From: a virus
Taxonomy: Duplodnaviria; Caudoviricetes
Virus record (IMG/VR): IMGVR_UViG_2675903375_000003
Coordinates: 30,557 to 94,556 of that record
Reading direction: 5' to 3' (one strand)
Length of the DNA stretch: 64,000 bases
Both the position numbers and the translations under genes were made by a program. This document shows positions 28,426-38,891 of this stretch, one piece after another (position 1 is the stretch's first letter; each line of letters opens with the position of its first letter). A model generated the notes under the pieces. That model made no database searches and was not told the DNA's origin. It saw nothing but the letters and a program-made list of their open reading frames with translations.

Positions 28426-28863
28426 ATGCGCAGCACCACCCACACCCTCCGCCTCGCCGCCCACATCATCACCCACCGCGGCCTCCACACCGACGACCAG
28501 TTCGCCGACCGCCTCACCCGCCGCGTCGACATCTGCGCCGCCATCTACCTCGCCACCCAGCCCTACCAGCGGCCGGAACGCCTCAACATCCCGGCCGAGT
28601 TCTTCACCGACGAAGGACACGCCATCACCCTCATCGAGGCCAACCCCCAGGCCATGCAGGCGATCCGCGCCGTGTCCGCCGCCATCACCAACTACCTGGT
28701 GCCCGACACCGACGGCCAGCCCGACGTCATCGAACACGTCTCCAACTGGGTCCGCACCCCGCCCATCGGCTGCACCCAGCCCCCCAGCCTCTCCGAAGTC
28801 ATCGGCTGCATCCTCCGCGCCGCCCGCAACGCCACCAGCACCCCCCACCCGAACGCCGCCTGA
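28426..28863 (+). CDS. Hypothetical phage protein
   Basis: AGGAG RBS; GC3-rich frame. Confidence 0.65.
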   Translation: MRSTTHTLRLAAHIITHRGLHTDDQFADRLTRRVDICAAIYLATQPYQRPERLNIPAEFFTDEGHAITLIEANPQAMQAIRAVSAAITNYLVPDTDGQPDVIEHVSNWVRTPPIGCTQPPSLSEVIGCILRAARNATSTPHPNAA

Positions 28864-28878
28864 AAGGCCCCCACCACC

Positions 28879-29124
28879 ATGACGATCCAGACCCTCGCCC
28901 CCGCCAACGACAGCCGCGGCGACAACAACTCCTACGACGCCGGCTACTTCGACGGCGAACTCGACGCCATCAGCAAGCTCCCCGCCGCGCTCGCCAACAA
29001 CCGCGCCTCCATGGCCGACCCCTACGACCCCATCTGGGCGCAGGGCTACGCCGACGGCTACCTCAACCAGATCCAGGTCACCTACGCCCTCGCCGAGCCC
29101 GGCGGCCAAGCCCTCGGCGACTGA
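28879..29124 (+). CDS. Hypothetical protein
   Basis: YDAGYFDG and QGYADGY repeats. Confidence 0.6.
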   Translation: MTIQTLAPANDSRGDNNSYDAGYFDGELDAISKLPAALANNRASMADPYDPIWAQGYADGYLNQIQVTYALAEPGGQALGD

Positions 29125-29207
29125 CGCCAGACACCCCCCACCCCGTCATCACCAGCACCGGAGCAGCACCGCACCACACCACCCGAACCGCAGGACGGAG
29201 ACCGGCC

Positions 29208-29825
29208 ATGGCCCGGACCACCACCAGCAGCGCCCGCAAGACGCCCGCGAAGAAGACACCCGCCGCCCGCAAGGCCACGGCCAAGAAGCCGCCCGCCGCC
29301 AAGCCGACCACGAAGGCCCAGGGCACGGCCGTCGACACCCGGCCCCTGCTCCCGGTACGGCGACGCGTCTTCGTCGGCCCCATGGGCGCCCACGAGCAAG
29401 CCGCCATACGCGCCGCCCTCGCCTCCGCCGCCGCCCGCCTCCCCATCCCCGTCCGCGCCTGGAACGGCCCCACCGCCCACCTCACCGACGGCACCGTCCT
29501 CACCCACACCCCCCACCACGCCACCACCGACCAGACCCCCCAGTTCATCGCCCACATCCCCTGCCGCCACGGCGCCACCCACCAGCACCTCATCCACACC
29601 GCCCGCGACCTCGCCGCAGCCCGCACCGCCACCAACCGCTGCGACGGACTCCACGGCACCACACAGCCGAAGCCGCCCGCGATCCTCCAGCTCCGCGAGG
29701 GCATCCAGCGGGCCACCGCCTCCGCCGCCGACACCCAGCCCCTGTCCCGCGACGACATCGACGCCGGCCTCAACGCCCGCACCGCGGGCGACCCGGAACG
29801 CCCGAAGGAGCACCCCCAGCCGTGA
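29208..29825 (+). CDS. Hypothetical protein with histone H1-like (PAKK) N-terminus
   Basis: ARKTPAKKTPAARKATAKKPPAAK. Confidence 0.6.
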   Translation: MARTTTSSARKTPAKKTPAARKATAKKPPAAKPTTKAQGTAVDTRPLLPVRRRVFVGPMGAHEQAAIRAALASAAARLPIPVRAWNGPTAHLTDGTVLTHTPHHATTDQTPQFIAHIPCRHGATHQHLIHTARDLAAARTATNRCDGLHGTTQPKPPAILQLREGIQRATASAADTQPLSRDDIDAGLNARTAGDPERPKEHPQP

Positions 29826-30226
29826 CCGACAACCCGATCCCCAACTGGTACCGCGCCGTCACCGAACGGGCCGCCAAGGAAGCCCCCACCGTGCCGGAAG
29901 CCACCGCACTGGCCACCGACTACTCCGTCAGCTGCGTCCCCGAGAACTGCGTCGACGCGTTCATCTTCAGCATCCGGGTGCAGTACCGGGGCTCGGGCCG
30001 CTACGCCGTCATCCGCGGCGGCGACATGTGCCTCGGGTCCGACGGCACCTGGGACCACGGAGTCAAGGAGTACGACCGCGGCCAGGCGTGGCTCGACCAC
30101 CACCGCTTCGACCTCGACACCGCGCTCCGCCTCGCCAAGGAACAGGCGGCGCTGGTGACCGTCAACGGCCACACCGTGAGCGACGTGCTCGCCATCCAGA
30201 AGAACCGGGAGGAGAACCGTGGCTGA
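29822..30226 (+). CDS. Hypothetical phage protein
   Basis: GTGA overlap; GAAGGAG RBS. Confidence 0.65.
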   Translation: MTDNPIPNWYRAVTERAAKEAPTVPEATALATDYSVSCVPENCVDAFIFSIRVQYRGSGRYAVIRGGDMCLGSDGTWDHGVKEYDRGQAWLDHHRFDLDTALRLAKEQAALVTVNGHTVSDVLAIQKNREENRG

Positions 30227-30623
30227 GCACACCCCCGGCTATGTGGCCGCCCTCGCCGCCGCCCTCCACCAGGCCAACGTCGACGCCCTCCTCGCCGCAC
30301 AGAACGGCGACAACCAGCTCGGCACCGCCCTCCGCCACCACCCCGGCTTCCGCACCTGGAACGGCGACCTCCTCCAAATCGGCCACATCCCCCTCACCCC
30401 CTTCGCCATCGAATGCAACGTCCTCCTCCCCGACCACCAGTACGTCGACCAGGCCCACCACGAACACGTCCGCCTCACCCCCCTCGAACCACCCCCCGGC
30501 TACACCCGCGGCAACCGGGACTGGCGCGGCTGGATCTTCTGCCGAGCCGACGCCGACGGAGCCGTCCCCATCACCATCGCCGTCACCCAAACCCGACCCG
30601 ACGACGAACAGGACACCCCGTGA
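30219..30623 (+). CDS. Hypothetical protein
   Basis: GGAGGAG RBS; overlap coupling. Confidence 0.6.
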   Translation: MAEHTPGYVAALAAALHQANVDALLAAQNGDNQLGTALRHHPGFRTWNGDLLQIGHIPLTPFAIECNVLLPDHQYVDQAHHEHVRLTPLEPPPGYTRGNRDWRGWIFCRADADGAVPITIAVTQTRPDDEQDTP

Positions 30624-31168
30624 CCACCACCGCCCCCGAGCCGAGCACCCAGCGGGAACTCCGACTCACCATCGTCGTCCACGGAAGGCCCGCACCCCAG
30701 GGCAGCAAGAAGTACGCCGGCCACCGCCGCAACAGCGCCTCCGGCCGCATCAGCGCCGTCCTCGTCGAACAGGTCAAAGGCGTCAGGCCATGGCGCCAGC
30801 AAGTACACGCCGCAGCCCTATCCGCCATCCGCCAGTTCGACAACTGGCGCCCCCTGGACGGCCCCCTCGCCGCCGACATGGTGTTCACGGTCCGCGCCAA
30901 ACCCGCCAGCCGACCCGTCTGGTGGCCCCGCGGCACCCGCTGGTTCAAGCACCTCCACTGGCGCCCCGCATCCGCCCCCGACCTCTCCAAGCTCCTGCGA
31001 TCCACCGAAGACGCCCTCACCACAGCCCAGGCATGGAAAGACGACGCACGAGTCGTCGAGTACGGCCACCTCGCCAAGTACTACGCCGGCGACCCCAGCC
31101 ACCCCGACGTCCTACCCGAACCCGGCGCCATCATCCGCCTCTACACCCTTCCCGGAGCAGCAGCATGA
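30620..31168 (+). CDS. rusA: RusA-like Holliday junction resolvase
   Basis: VHGRPAPQGSK; PDLSKLLRSTEDAL...WKDDARVV. Confidence 0.85.
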   Translation: MTTTAPEPSTQRELRLTIVVHGRPAPQGSKKYAGHRRNSASGRISAVLVEQVKGVRPWRQQVHAAALSAIRQFDNWRPLDGPLAADMVFTVRAKPASRPVWWPRGTRWFKHLHWRPASAPDLSKLLRSTEDALTTAQAWKDDARVVEYGHLAKYYAGDPSHPDVLPEPGAIIRLYTLPGAAA

Positions 31169-31662
31169 CCACCACGACCAGCCGCGATAGGAAGCCCGCC
31201 GCGCCCCGCCGCCCCGAAGGCGCCCTGGCCGTCCGGGAACCGGCTGCCACCACCGCCTGGAAGTCCCGAGGCGCCTGCCGCACCCACCACGATCCCGACC
31301 TGTGGTACCCCGAAGGGCAGTCCAGCCCCTTCCGCTGGCAGATCGCGGAAGCCAAGGAGATCTGCAACACCGAGTGCCCCGTCCGGCAGACGTGCCTGGA
31401 ATGGGCGCTGGAGCACCGGCAGGACACCGGCATCTGGGGCGGCATGTCGGAGCTGGAGCGGAGTGCTTTGCACGGGCGCCGTCGGCCGGGTGGGCATGCC
31501 AGTGCCGTGGACGGCATCCTCACCCGGCGCCTTCCGGAGTTTCTCCAGCTGCAGGAGCAGGGCTTGTCGCCGTGGGGTATCGCTCAGGCGCTGGGGACGA
31601 GCGTGGCCACCGTGAACAGGGTCATCGCCCGACTCGCCCAGGAGCAGGAGACGGCGGCATGA
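31165..31662 (+). CDS. WhiB-family regulator with C-terminal HTH
   Basis: W...GAC...DPDLWYP...AKEICNTECPVRQTC...GIWGGMSE; IAQALGTSVATVNR. Confidence 0.88.
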   Translation: MTTTTSRDRKPAAPRRPEGALAVREPAATTAWKSRGACRTHHDPDLWYPEGQSSPFRWQIAEAKEICNTECPVRQTCLEWALEHRQDTGIWGGMSELERSALHGRRRPGGHASAVDGILTRRLPEFLQLQEQGLSPWGIAQALGTSVATVNRVIARLAQEQETAA

Positions 31663-32585
31663 GCCGAAGGACGCCCTCCCAGCAGGCCGCCGCCACGCAC
31701 ATGCAGGCCCGTCGGCGACGGCTCAAGGCCCTGGGGCAGTGGCAGCCGTACGTGGACGCCGGCCCGGCCCGCGAGCACCTGAAGAAGATCAACGCCACGG
31801 GCATGCCGGTAGCTGCGGTCTGTGAACGGCTGGGCCTCCCGCACGCGTCTTCTCTGCAGCCGCTGCTGTGGGGGCGCGGATCGTACGGGCCTGCGCAGAA
31901 GGTACGGCGGGAGACAGCAGAGCTGGTTCTGTCGTACTGGCCGCGGCTGGAGGACTTCCCGGACTCGGCGTTGATCGACGCGACGGGAACCCGCCGTAGG
32001 GTGCAGGCGCTGGCGGTCCGGGGCTGGTCTCGGAACTGGATAGGCCAGCAGGTCGGGATGCGGCCGGAGCACTTCCGTAAGGCCATCACCCGAGACCGCG
32101 TCACGGCGGCTCTGGCCCGCAGTGTGGCCGCTGTGTACGACGCGCGTTGGAACCAGGACCCGACCGACCACGGCATCTCCCTGAACGCCGCCTCCCGGGT
32201 ACGGGCCGACGCTGCACGGTCGGGTTGCCACTCGGCTCTGGCGTGGGACGACGACACGATCGACGACCCGAGCGCGGTGCCGCTCACGGACGCCTGCGAG
32301 CCGGCCGCCACAGAGGGCGGGAACCTGGCCGCGCGGTGGCTGATGGGCGAGTCCGTGATCCTCGACCTTCAGGCGAGGAAGGAAGTCCTGGCCCACCTGT
32401 ATGAGTGGACGAACGACACTCCGCAGGAGATCGCCGACAAGCTCGGCATGACGTTCGCCGCGGCCGACCGGGCGTGGGAGCGGATGAAGGAGAAGGCCGC
32501 CCGTGATGGCCGGCGCCTGTGGCGGCGGGTGTATGTGGCGCGTGACCGGGACCTGAAGAAGAACGAGATGGAGGAGGCGGCCTGA
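31659..32585 (+). CDS. Multi-HTH phage protein
   Basis: [44 protein letters not shown]. Confidence 0.65.
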   Translation: MSRRTPSQQAAATHMQARRRRLKALGQWQPYVDAGPAREHLKKINATGMPVAAVCERLGLPHASSLQPLLWGRGSYGPAQKVRRETAELVLSYWPRLEDFPDSALIDATGTRRRVQALAVRGWSRNWIGQQVGMRPEHFRKAITRDRVTAALARSVAAVYDARWNQDPTDHGISLNAASRVRADAARSGCHSALAWDDDTIDDPSAVPLTDACEPAATEGGNLAARWLMGESVILDLQARKEVLAHLYEWTNDTPQEIADKLGMTFAAADRAWERMKEKAARDGRRLWRRVYVARDRDLKKNEMEEAA

Positions 32586-33088
32586 TGGCTGGCGAGACGC
32601 TGTTGACGATCGTCGGGAATCTCGTTGACGATCCCGAGCTCAGGTTCACTCCGAACGGGGCTGCGGTGGCGAAGTTCCGTGTCGCGTCGACGCCGCGGTC
32701 GTACAACCGGGACACGCAGGGGTGGGAGGACGGCGAGAGCCTGTTCCTGTCCTGCTCGGTGTGGCGGCAGGCTGCGGAGAACTGTGCGGAGACGCTGTCG
32801 AAGGGGATGCGGGTCATCGTGCAGGGCCGGTTGAGGCAGCGGTCGTATGAGGACCGTGAGGGGGTGAAGCGGACGGTGTATGAGATCGATGTGGAGGAGA
32901 TCGGCCCGTCGCTGCGGAACGCGACGGCGCGGGTGACGAAGGCCGGTTCGGGTGGGGGGAAGGAGGCGTATCAGCAGGCGCGGCAGGCGTCGTCGCGGGA
33001 GGGGTTGGAGGATCCGTGGGGTGCGTCGCCGGCTGGGCAGGGTGGCGTGTCGGCTGGCGGGTGGGATGGGGGTGAGCCTCCGTTCTGA
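32585..33088 (+). CDS. ssb: Single-stranded DNA-binding protein
   Basis: [38 protein letters not shown]; acidic EPPF tail. Confidence 0.97.
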   Translation: MAGETLLTIVGNLVDDPELRFTPNGAAVAKFRVASTPRSYNRDTQGWEDGESLFLSCSVWRQAAENCAETLSKGMRVIVQGRLRQRSYEDREGVKRTVYEIDVEEIGPSLRNATARVTKAGSGGGKEAYQQARQASSREGLEDPWGASPAGQGGVSAGGWDGGEPPF

Positions 33089-33170
33089 TGTGGGGGTGGG
33101 TTGAGGGGTGTGGGGTCTGGCCTGGTGGTCGGGCCCCTTTCCCGTCTCCGCGCATCATCCGCGTGGAGAT

Positions 33171-33200
33171 ATTGCGCACGCAATGCGTGAAGGGTAGTCT
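33171..33200 (+). promoter_or_regulatory. Promoter with ATTGCGCACGCAAT operator over the -35
   Basis: TTGCGC-17-TAGTCT; operator 33171-33184. Confidence 0.75.
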
Positions 33201-33242
33201 GGTGGAGCCGACAACGCACAACCCACCCCCAGGGGGACACCC

Positions 33243-33731
33243 GTGCTCGACAACCTCGGATTCCACACCAACCGCGACTACCAGGCCGAACTCGACTCCC
33301 TGAACCAGCAGATCAACGCCACCACGGGACGCATCCAGATCGGCCTGTTCCACAGCCCCGAGGACGAGGCGAACACCCACAGCCAGCTCACCACCCTCCA
33401 GACCCACGCCCGGATCCTGGCCCGCGAGGCCGCCATGGAGAACCAGCGCCTCGACCGCCTGACCGCCGCCGTCCGCGTCGTCGGCGACCCGATCCTCGGC
33501 TTCATCGCCTACGTGGTGTTCGGCCCGCAGGCGCTGCCCCTGGAACCCCTGTACGAGATCCGGGTCCTGGACACCAACGGGTACACGGTCCCGGGAACGG
33601 TCCGGACGAACCTGCCGGCCTCCCGCGTGGAGAGCGCCAGCCAGAAGGTGCTGAACAAGGAGGGCCGCGAGAACGCCCGCCTGTGGGGCGAGCGACTGTC
33701 CTCGTACCGCGTCCAGGTCACCCCCTTCTGA
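33243..33731 (+). CDS. Hypothetical protein
   Basis: AGGGGG RBS; first gene after the operator-bearing promoter. Confidence 0.65.
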   Translation: MLDNLGFHTNRDYQAELDSLNQQINATTGRIQIGLFHSPEDEANTHSQLTTLQTHARILAREAAMENQRLDRLTAAVRVVGDPILGFIAYVVFGPQALPLEPLYEIRVLDTNGYTVPGTVRTNLPASRVESASQKVLNKEGRENARLWGERLSSYRVQVTPF

Positions 33732-33903
33732 CACCAAAGACAGGGCCCGGCCCCCGACCGGGCCCTCCGGCCGCGCCACCCCCAGGCGCGGCAACCCGGC
33801 CAGCCTCCCCAGCCGCCCGAAGAACCGCCGCCCCGACCCCCACACCCCACTCGGTGGGGGCGGGGCGACGGCCCCCGCCAGACACCACCGACCGGAGGAC
33901 CCG

Positions 33904-34278
33904 ATGTCCACGTCCGGACTGCCCACCGCCCGCCACCAGCTCCCCACCGGAAGCGACCGCCGCGACTTCATCGACTACAACCGCGCCCTCAAGGTCGCCC
34001 GCATCACCGCCAAGGCCCTCGAACTCGGCTGCGACCACGCCATCAGCAACGAGCAGATGGACGCGATCGCCCACGAGATCGACGTGAACCTCCCCGGGAG
34101 CGACGAAACCCGCGCCGCCGTACGCGCCGCCCTGGAGAACCCGTTGACGACCCTGCGCGACAACGACGCCGACTTCGTCTACGCGGTCGTTCGGGCTGCG
34201 AACGACGGCCACCCCTTCCGCTACCGCGACGGACGCGGCCGCACCGTCATGCTCGTCCCCCTCCCCGTGGAGCGGTGA
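33904..34278 (+). CDS. Hypothetical protein
   Basis: GGAGG RBS. Confidence 0.65.
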   Translation: MSTSGLPTARHQLPTGSDRRDFIDYNRALKVARITAKALELGCDHAISNEQMDAIAHEIDVNLPGSDETRAAVRAALENPLTTLRDNDADFVYAVVRAANDGHPFRYRDGRGRTVMLVPLPVER

Positions 34279-35129
34279 GCCCGGTGATCACCGACCCGGA
34301 CAGCATGGTCTACCACCTTCAGGACGAAGACCGGCCGTACTTCTACCTCGGCAGCCCCGAGCCGTCATGGCTGGGCCGTGACGAGTTCTGCGACGAGCCT
34401 CGGGTGCCGCTGTTCGTGTCTCACCGGCGCCTCGCCCGGTTGAAGAAGCTGCCGCGTGCCCGGACGTCGTGGGCGCTGGACTCCGGAGGGTTCACCGAAC
34501 TGTCCATGTACGGGGACTGGACCCTGCACGCCGTCGACTACGCGAAGATCGTGCGCCGGTACCACGACGAGATCGGCTGCATGGAGTGGGCGGCGCCGCA
34601 GGACTGGATGTGCGAGCCGTGGATCCTCGAGAAGACCGGCCGCACGATCCAAGACCACCAGCTGCGCACCGTCGCCAACTACGCCGATCTGCGGTACGAG
34701 GACGACTATCTGCCCTGGATACCGGTCCTTCAGGGTTGGACGCGTGACGACTACCTGCGCTGCGCCGACCTGTACGAAGACCTCGGCCTGGACCTGAGCG
34801 CCGAACCCCTGGTCGGCCTCGGTTCCGTGTGCCGGCGCCAGAACACCGACACAGCCGTCGACATCATCCGCGCCCTGCGTGACCGCGGCGTCACCCGGCT
34901 CCACGGCTTCGGCTTCAAGACCACCGGCCTCCGGGCGGCCCATCAGCTGCTCGAGTCATCGGACTCCATGGCCTGGTCGTACCACGCCCGCCGCTCTGCC
35001 CCCCTCCCAGGATGCACGCACCAGTCCTGCGCGAACTGCCCGCGCTTCGCCGCTCAGTGGCGCCACCGTCTTCTCGCCTCCATGCCGGACTGGCACCAGC
35101 CGGTCCTCGACCTCGATATCGCTGCCTGA
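34275..35129 (+). CDS. tRNA-guanine transglycosylase-fold (TGT/DpdA-like) protein
   Basis: LDSGGF, PQDWMCEP, PVLQG, GLGS, LHGFG, SSDSMAW and C-terminal CTHQSCANC. Confidence 0.75.
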   Translation: MSPVITDPDSMVYHLQDEDRPYFYLGSPEPSWLGRDEFCDEPRVPLFVSHRRLARLKKLPRARTSWALDSGGFTELSMYGDWTLHAVDYAKIVRRYHDEIGCMEWAAPQDWMCEPWILEKTGRTIQDHQLRTVANYADLRYEDDYLPWIPVLQGWTRDDYLRCADLYEDLGLDLSAEPLVGLGSVCRRQNTDTAVDIIRALRDRGVTRLHGFGFKTTGLRAAHQLLESSDSMAWSYHARRSAPLPGCTHQSCANCPRFAAQWRHRLLASMPDWHQPVLDLDIAA

Positions 35130-35169
35130 AAAGCCCCCTCATCACCGCCACTCTCACGAAGAAGGCCTC

Positions 35170-35628
35170 ATGGAATCAGCGGAAGCCCTGACCGAAGCGA
35201 AAGACCACGCGGTCCGCGCCTGGCACCTGTTCACCCGCGAGCGGAACCTCAGGTCGACGATCCGGGGCTGGGAGGCGACCACCGCGCTGGACGGGAGCCC
35301 GTACCTGCGCGTCCAGGTCGTCGGCCCCCGAGCCGCCTACGCGCTGCGCCTGTTCACCTCCGAGTACCCCCTGGTGCTGAGGCCCGACGACCAGCGGCCC
35401 GCCTACGACTACAGCACCCCGGGCCAGGTGGCGTGCGTGTGGCGCAGGGGCGGGGTGTGGGTGGAGCTCTGGCACCCCGACCAGCCCACGCCCAAGACAG
35501 TCCAGGTCGCCGCGAGGCCGCCGCTGACGTCCGCCTCGCCGAAGAGTGCGGCCCGCCCGTCCCTCATCAGCCGCGCCTCCGCCCGGCTCCCGTACACCCG
35601 CCGCAAGAAGGAGAACACCAACCGATGA
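35170..35628 (+). CDS. Hypothetical protein
   Basis: GAAGG RBS. Confidence 0.6.
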   Translation: MESAEALTEAKDHAVRAWHLFTRERNLRSTIRGWEATTALDGSPYLRVQVVGPRAAYALRLFTSEYPLVLRPDDQRPAYDYSTPGQVACVWRRGGVWVELWHPDQPTPKTVQVAARPPLTSASPKSAARPSLISRASARLPYTRRKKENTNR

Positions 35629-36461
35629 CCAGCACCGACATCCAGAACCCGACCGACTGGTCCGACTTCGACTTCCTCGAGTTCGAGGCGTTCGTGTCCA
35701 AGGTCGAGAACGAGGGCTTCACCTACGCCGCCGAGGAGTACGCGCCTCGCTTCGAGTCCCCCGACCTGCAGGCCCTCGCCGCCGATCTCGGCGCGTTGCG
35801 GACCCTGTACGTGGAGAACGAGGCGAAGGTCGACGCCTGGTACGAGACGGTCGGCGGAGAGCGGGCCTGCGACCTCCACAACGCGCACGTCGACGAGGAG
35901 CGGAAGCGGCGGGAGGACGCCCGCCTGTTCGGGATCCGCTGCACCGACGGCCACGTGATCACCTACGACACCGCCGAGGCCCGCGACAGCTACGCCGCCT
36001 ACCTGCTGGAGAACAAGGACAAGGGATGGCGGATCCCGGCCGTTCTGCTGCGCCGCGATGTTCCGGGAGGCGAGTGGACCGACGACCGCCCGGCCGTGCC
36101 CACCCCGGAGGCGCTGCTCGTGGAGCTGGGCGAGTTCCACACCCGGACCTGCGTGTCCCCCCTGCCCAAGCACCCGGCCGCGATGGGCTGGCAGGCCACG
36201 GCCGGATCCCTGGCCGCCGGCTTCGCCCGGGCCCTGCACGCCCTGAACGAAGTCGCACCGGAGAAGGCTGCCGAGATCGCCGTCTGGTTCCAGGGGCCGT
36301 TCGAGGACGGGCCGGACCCGGAGGAGCACACGGACTGGCTGGAGCAGCACGTCGCGGGCAGCCCGGAGACCGTCCAGCGCTGGGTGGACGAGGGCCGCCA
36401 GATGGCCGAGGAAGCCCGGACCAACACCGAAGTGTGGGAGAAGGAGAACCGATCCGCATGA
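35625..36461 (+). CDS. Hypothetical acidic protein
   Basis: ATGA overlap; AAGGAG RBS. Confidence 0.65.
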   Translation: MTSTDIQNPTDWSDFDFLEFEAFVSKVENEGFTYAAEEYAPRFESPDLQALAADLGALRTLYVENEAKVDAWYETVGGERACDLHNAHVDEERKRREDARLFGIRCTDGHVITYDTAEARDSYAAYLLENKDKGWRIPAVLLRRDVPGGEWTDDRPAVPTPEALLVELGEFHTRTCVSPLPKHPAAMGWQATAGSLAAGFARALHALNEVAPEKAAEIAVWFQGPFEDGPDPEEHTDWLEQHVAGSPETVQRWVDEGRQMAEEARTNTEVWEKENRSA

Positions 36462-37015
36462 GCATCCGAAACGTCTATCTCGACTGCGAGTTCCTGCCCG
36501 CCGATTCCTCCACCGCCGGCTTCGTCTCCATCGGGCTGACCGACGACCAAGGCAGCGACTACTACGCGGTGAACGGCGACTTCGACATGAAGGCGTTCAA
36601 GAAGATCCCCTTCATGATGGACAACGTGTGGCCGTCGTTGCCGAAGCCGCACGGGGACCGGCGCTTCCACGGGAAGTGGCCGCGGCTGGATGTGACGCAT
36701 CCGTCCGTGAAGACCGTCGGGCAGATGGCCGAGGGAGTCGCTGACTACTTCGCCGCATCCGACGCCGAAGTCACGCACCTGTGGGCCTGGTACGGGGCGC
36801 AGGACATGTGCCGTCTGCACTCCCTGTGGGACAACGACTGGTCGGTCATGCCGGACCAGATCCCGCGCTGGTTCAACGAGCTGGAGACGCTGCGCTGGCA
36901 GGCCGGGAACCCGGAGATGCCTGAGCAGCCGGGCGGCCTCCACAATGCGCTCGCGGACGCCCGCCACAACCGCACCATGCACCAGTTCCTCGTCGACCTG
37001 GCCAACCGGCCGTGA
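36458..37015 (+). CDS. DEDDh 3'-5' exoribonuclease (Rv2179c-like)
   Basis: YLDCEF, SIGL...YYAVN, WAWYGAQD, HNALADARHN. Confidence 0.85.
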   Translation: MSIRNVYLDCEFLPADSSTAGFVSIGLTDDQGSDYYAVNGDFDMKAFKKIPFMMDNVWPSLPKPHGDRRFHGKWPRLDVTHPSVKTVGQMAEGVADYFAASDAEVTHLWAWYGAQDMCRLHSLWDNDWSVMPDQIPRWFNELETLRWQAGNPEMPEQPGGLHNALADARHNRTMHQFLVDLANRP

Positions 37016-37365
37016 CCGCCCCCGTTCAGGACAGCCCGGCGCCTTCGGGCGCCGGGCCCGTCCCGCCCGCGCCCCCCGTCCGGGACTACCCGGCGGCACT
37101 CACCGTCGAGCCGCGTACGTACCTGACCGGCCGAGAGCGCGAGGCGCTGCTGCTCGCCGCGAACGGGCACACCAACCGTGCGATCGGCCGCGCCCTGGGC
37201 CTCGGCGAGGAGACGGTGAAGACCCGGATGCGGAAGATCCTGCGGAAGCTGCGGGTGAACGACCGGGCCCAAGCGGTGGCGGTGGCGCTGCGGTTGGGCG
37301 TGCTCAGCCTCGACGACATCACGGTGCCGGAGGGCGCGAACGCGGGCTACCGCGACTCTGCGTGA
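37012..37365 (+). CDS. Stand-alone LuxR-type HTH regulator
   Basis: LTGRERE...GHTNRAIGRALGLGEETVKT...LRVNDRAQAV. Confidence 0.9.
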   Translation: MTAPVQDSPAPSGAGPVPPAPPVRDYPAALTVEPRTYLTGREREALLLAANGHTNRAIGRALGLGEETVKTRMRKILRKLRVNDRAQAVAVALRLGVLSLDDITVPEGANAGYRDSA

Positions 37366-37508
37366 CGCCGCGCTGCGCCGTTCACCGGGATGAAGCCCCT
37401 TCTGATGATCGAACTACCTCCCAGACGCGCCCTCGAGACACCTACCCGGGAGTACGGCACGCAGGGCGCGTAACCCACAGTCACCTCACGCCCCGTAGAG
37501 GCCACCCC

Positions 37509-37742
37509 ATGCTCCCCAGAAACCTCGCCACCAACGTCCTCCTGCCCGCCGGCATAGCCCTCGTGGTCGTCGCCGTCTGGTTCTGGGTGACCGGAGGCGT
37601 CGCCAGGTCTGTCCTCACCGTCACCGGTCTCGCCCTCGTCTCTGCGGGGGCGTCCGTGGCAGCGGAGTGGCTGATCGGCCAAGCCCGCAGGGCGCGGCGC
37701 CCCCGTGCTCGCCCGCCCCGACACCGGAAGCCGACCGTATGA
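37509..37742 (+). CDS. Small two-TM membrane protein
   Basis: Two hydrophobic helices and a basic tail. Confidence 0.55.
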   Translation: MLPRNLATNVLLPAGIALVVVAVWFWVTGGVARSVLTVTGLALVSAGASVAAEWLIGQARRARRPRARPPRHRKPTV

Positions 37743-37788
37743 CAGCCCCCTTCACCAGCACACCCACCCTCATCACGCGAGGAGCAGC

Positions 37789-38013
37789 ATGACGAACACC
37801 GACCAGGCCAGCACCCTGAAGAACCGCCCAGGCGACCAGCCGCTCCCCGAGGGCGGACGCGAGTGCGTGCAGGACGCGCTCATCGCCGACATCCGCGCCC
37901 GCCGGGACCTGGGCATCCAGCGGTACGGCAGCCCGCTGACGCACAACGGGCGTGACGCGGTGCAGGACGCCCTCGAGGAAGCCATGGACCGGGCGCGGGA
38001 GGGGGCCCAGTGA
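37789..38013 (+). CDS. Short phage protein, possibly a truncated all-alpha NTP-pyrophosphatase-like remnant
   Basis: GIQRYGSPLTHNGRDAVQDALEEAMD then ends. Confidence 0.5.
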   Translation: MTNTDQASTLKNRPGDQPLPEGGRECVQDALIADIRARRDLGIQRYGSPLTHNGRDAVQDALEEAMDRAREGAQ

Positions 38014-38891
38014 GCGAGCAGACCACCCTCGACGTCCAGCCCACCAGCGGATCCGGGCCGGCCATGACCACGGCGGAGCTGAACGAGCGGCTGCACGCCC
38101 ACTTCATAGCGCCCGCCGACCGACTGAAGCAGGCGGGGGCCGGGGCGGTGTACCTGACCGAGGTGACCGCACCCGGTACCTCGGGGCGGCGGGCGGACGC
38201 CGTGCACATCGGGCTGTGGCAGTCCCGGGGCGCGGGCAGGATCGACGTGTGCGAGCTGAAGGTGTCCCGCGCGGACTTCCGTCGCGAACTGGAGCAGCCG
38301 GCGAAGGCGGAGGCGTGGTGGCCGTACTCCACGACCTTCTCGATCGTCTCCCCCGGGGTGCACGTCACTCCGCCGGATGAGCTGCCACCGGGGTGGGGAC
38401 TGATGGTGCCGGGCGGGCGCGGACGCCGCTTCAAGACGGTCGTGAAGCCCGCCGAGCGGGAACCGAGGCTGACGATCGGGCTGCTGCTGACGCTGCTGAA
38501 GAACACGGAGACCACCCGCGTCAACGCCCTCCAGGCCCAGGGACAGCAGTTGCGGGCCCAGCACTACGACGAGGTGCAGAAGGTTCGCCGGGAGCGGGGC
38601 AACGTCTCGCCGAAGGACGTGAAGCGGCTGGAGCTGCTCGAGCGCCTGGAGAAGGCGATGGACATGCAGCTCGGCGAGTACGCGTGGCGCGACCAGCTCG
38701 AGCCCGAGCACGCCGCCGAGGGCCTGGCCGCGTTCATGCGCGGCCAGAACGCCCGCAGGCACGCCCGGGAGACCGCCGAGCAGGAGGCCAGCAGCCTCGA
38801 GCGGATCGCCGTACGGGCTGCCGAGGAAGCGAAGGAACTACGCCGGGCGCTCGCCCGGGCAGACGAGACAGCAGCAGGAGGCGGGCGGTGA
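38010..38891 (+). CDS. MmcB-like PD-(D/E)xK endonuclease with coiled-coil tail
   Basis: RRADAV...ELKVSRADFRREL..PAK...LPPGWGL. Confidence 0.75.
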   Translation: MSEQTTLDVQPTSGSGPAMTTAELNERLHAHFIAPADRLKQAGAGAVYLTEVTAPGTSGRRADAVHIGLWQSRGAGRIDVCELKVSRADFRRELEQPAKAEAWWPYSTTFSIVSPGVHVTPPDELPPGWGLMVPGGRGRRFKTVVKPAEREPRLTIGLLLTLLKNTETTRVNALQAQGQQLRAQHYDEVQKVRRERGNVSPKDVKRLELLERLEKAMDMQLGEYAWRDQLEPEHAAEGLAAFMRGQNARRHARETAEQEASSLERIAVRAAEEAKELRRALARADETAAGGGR

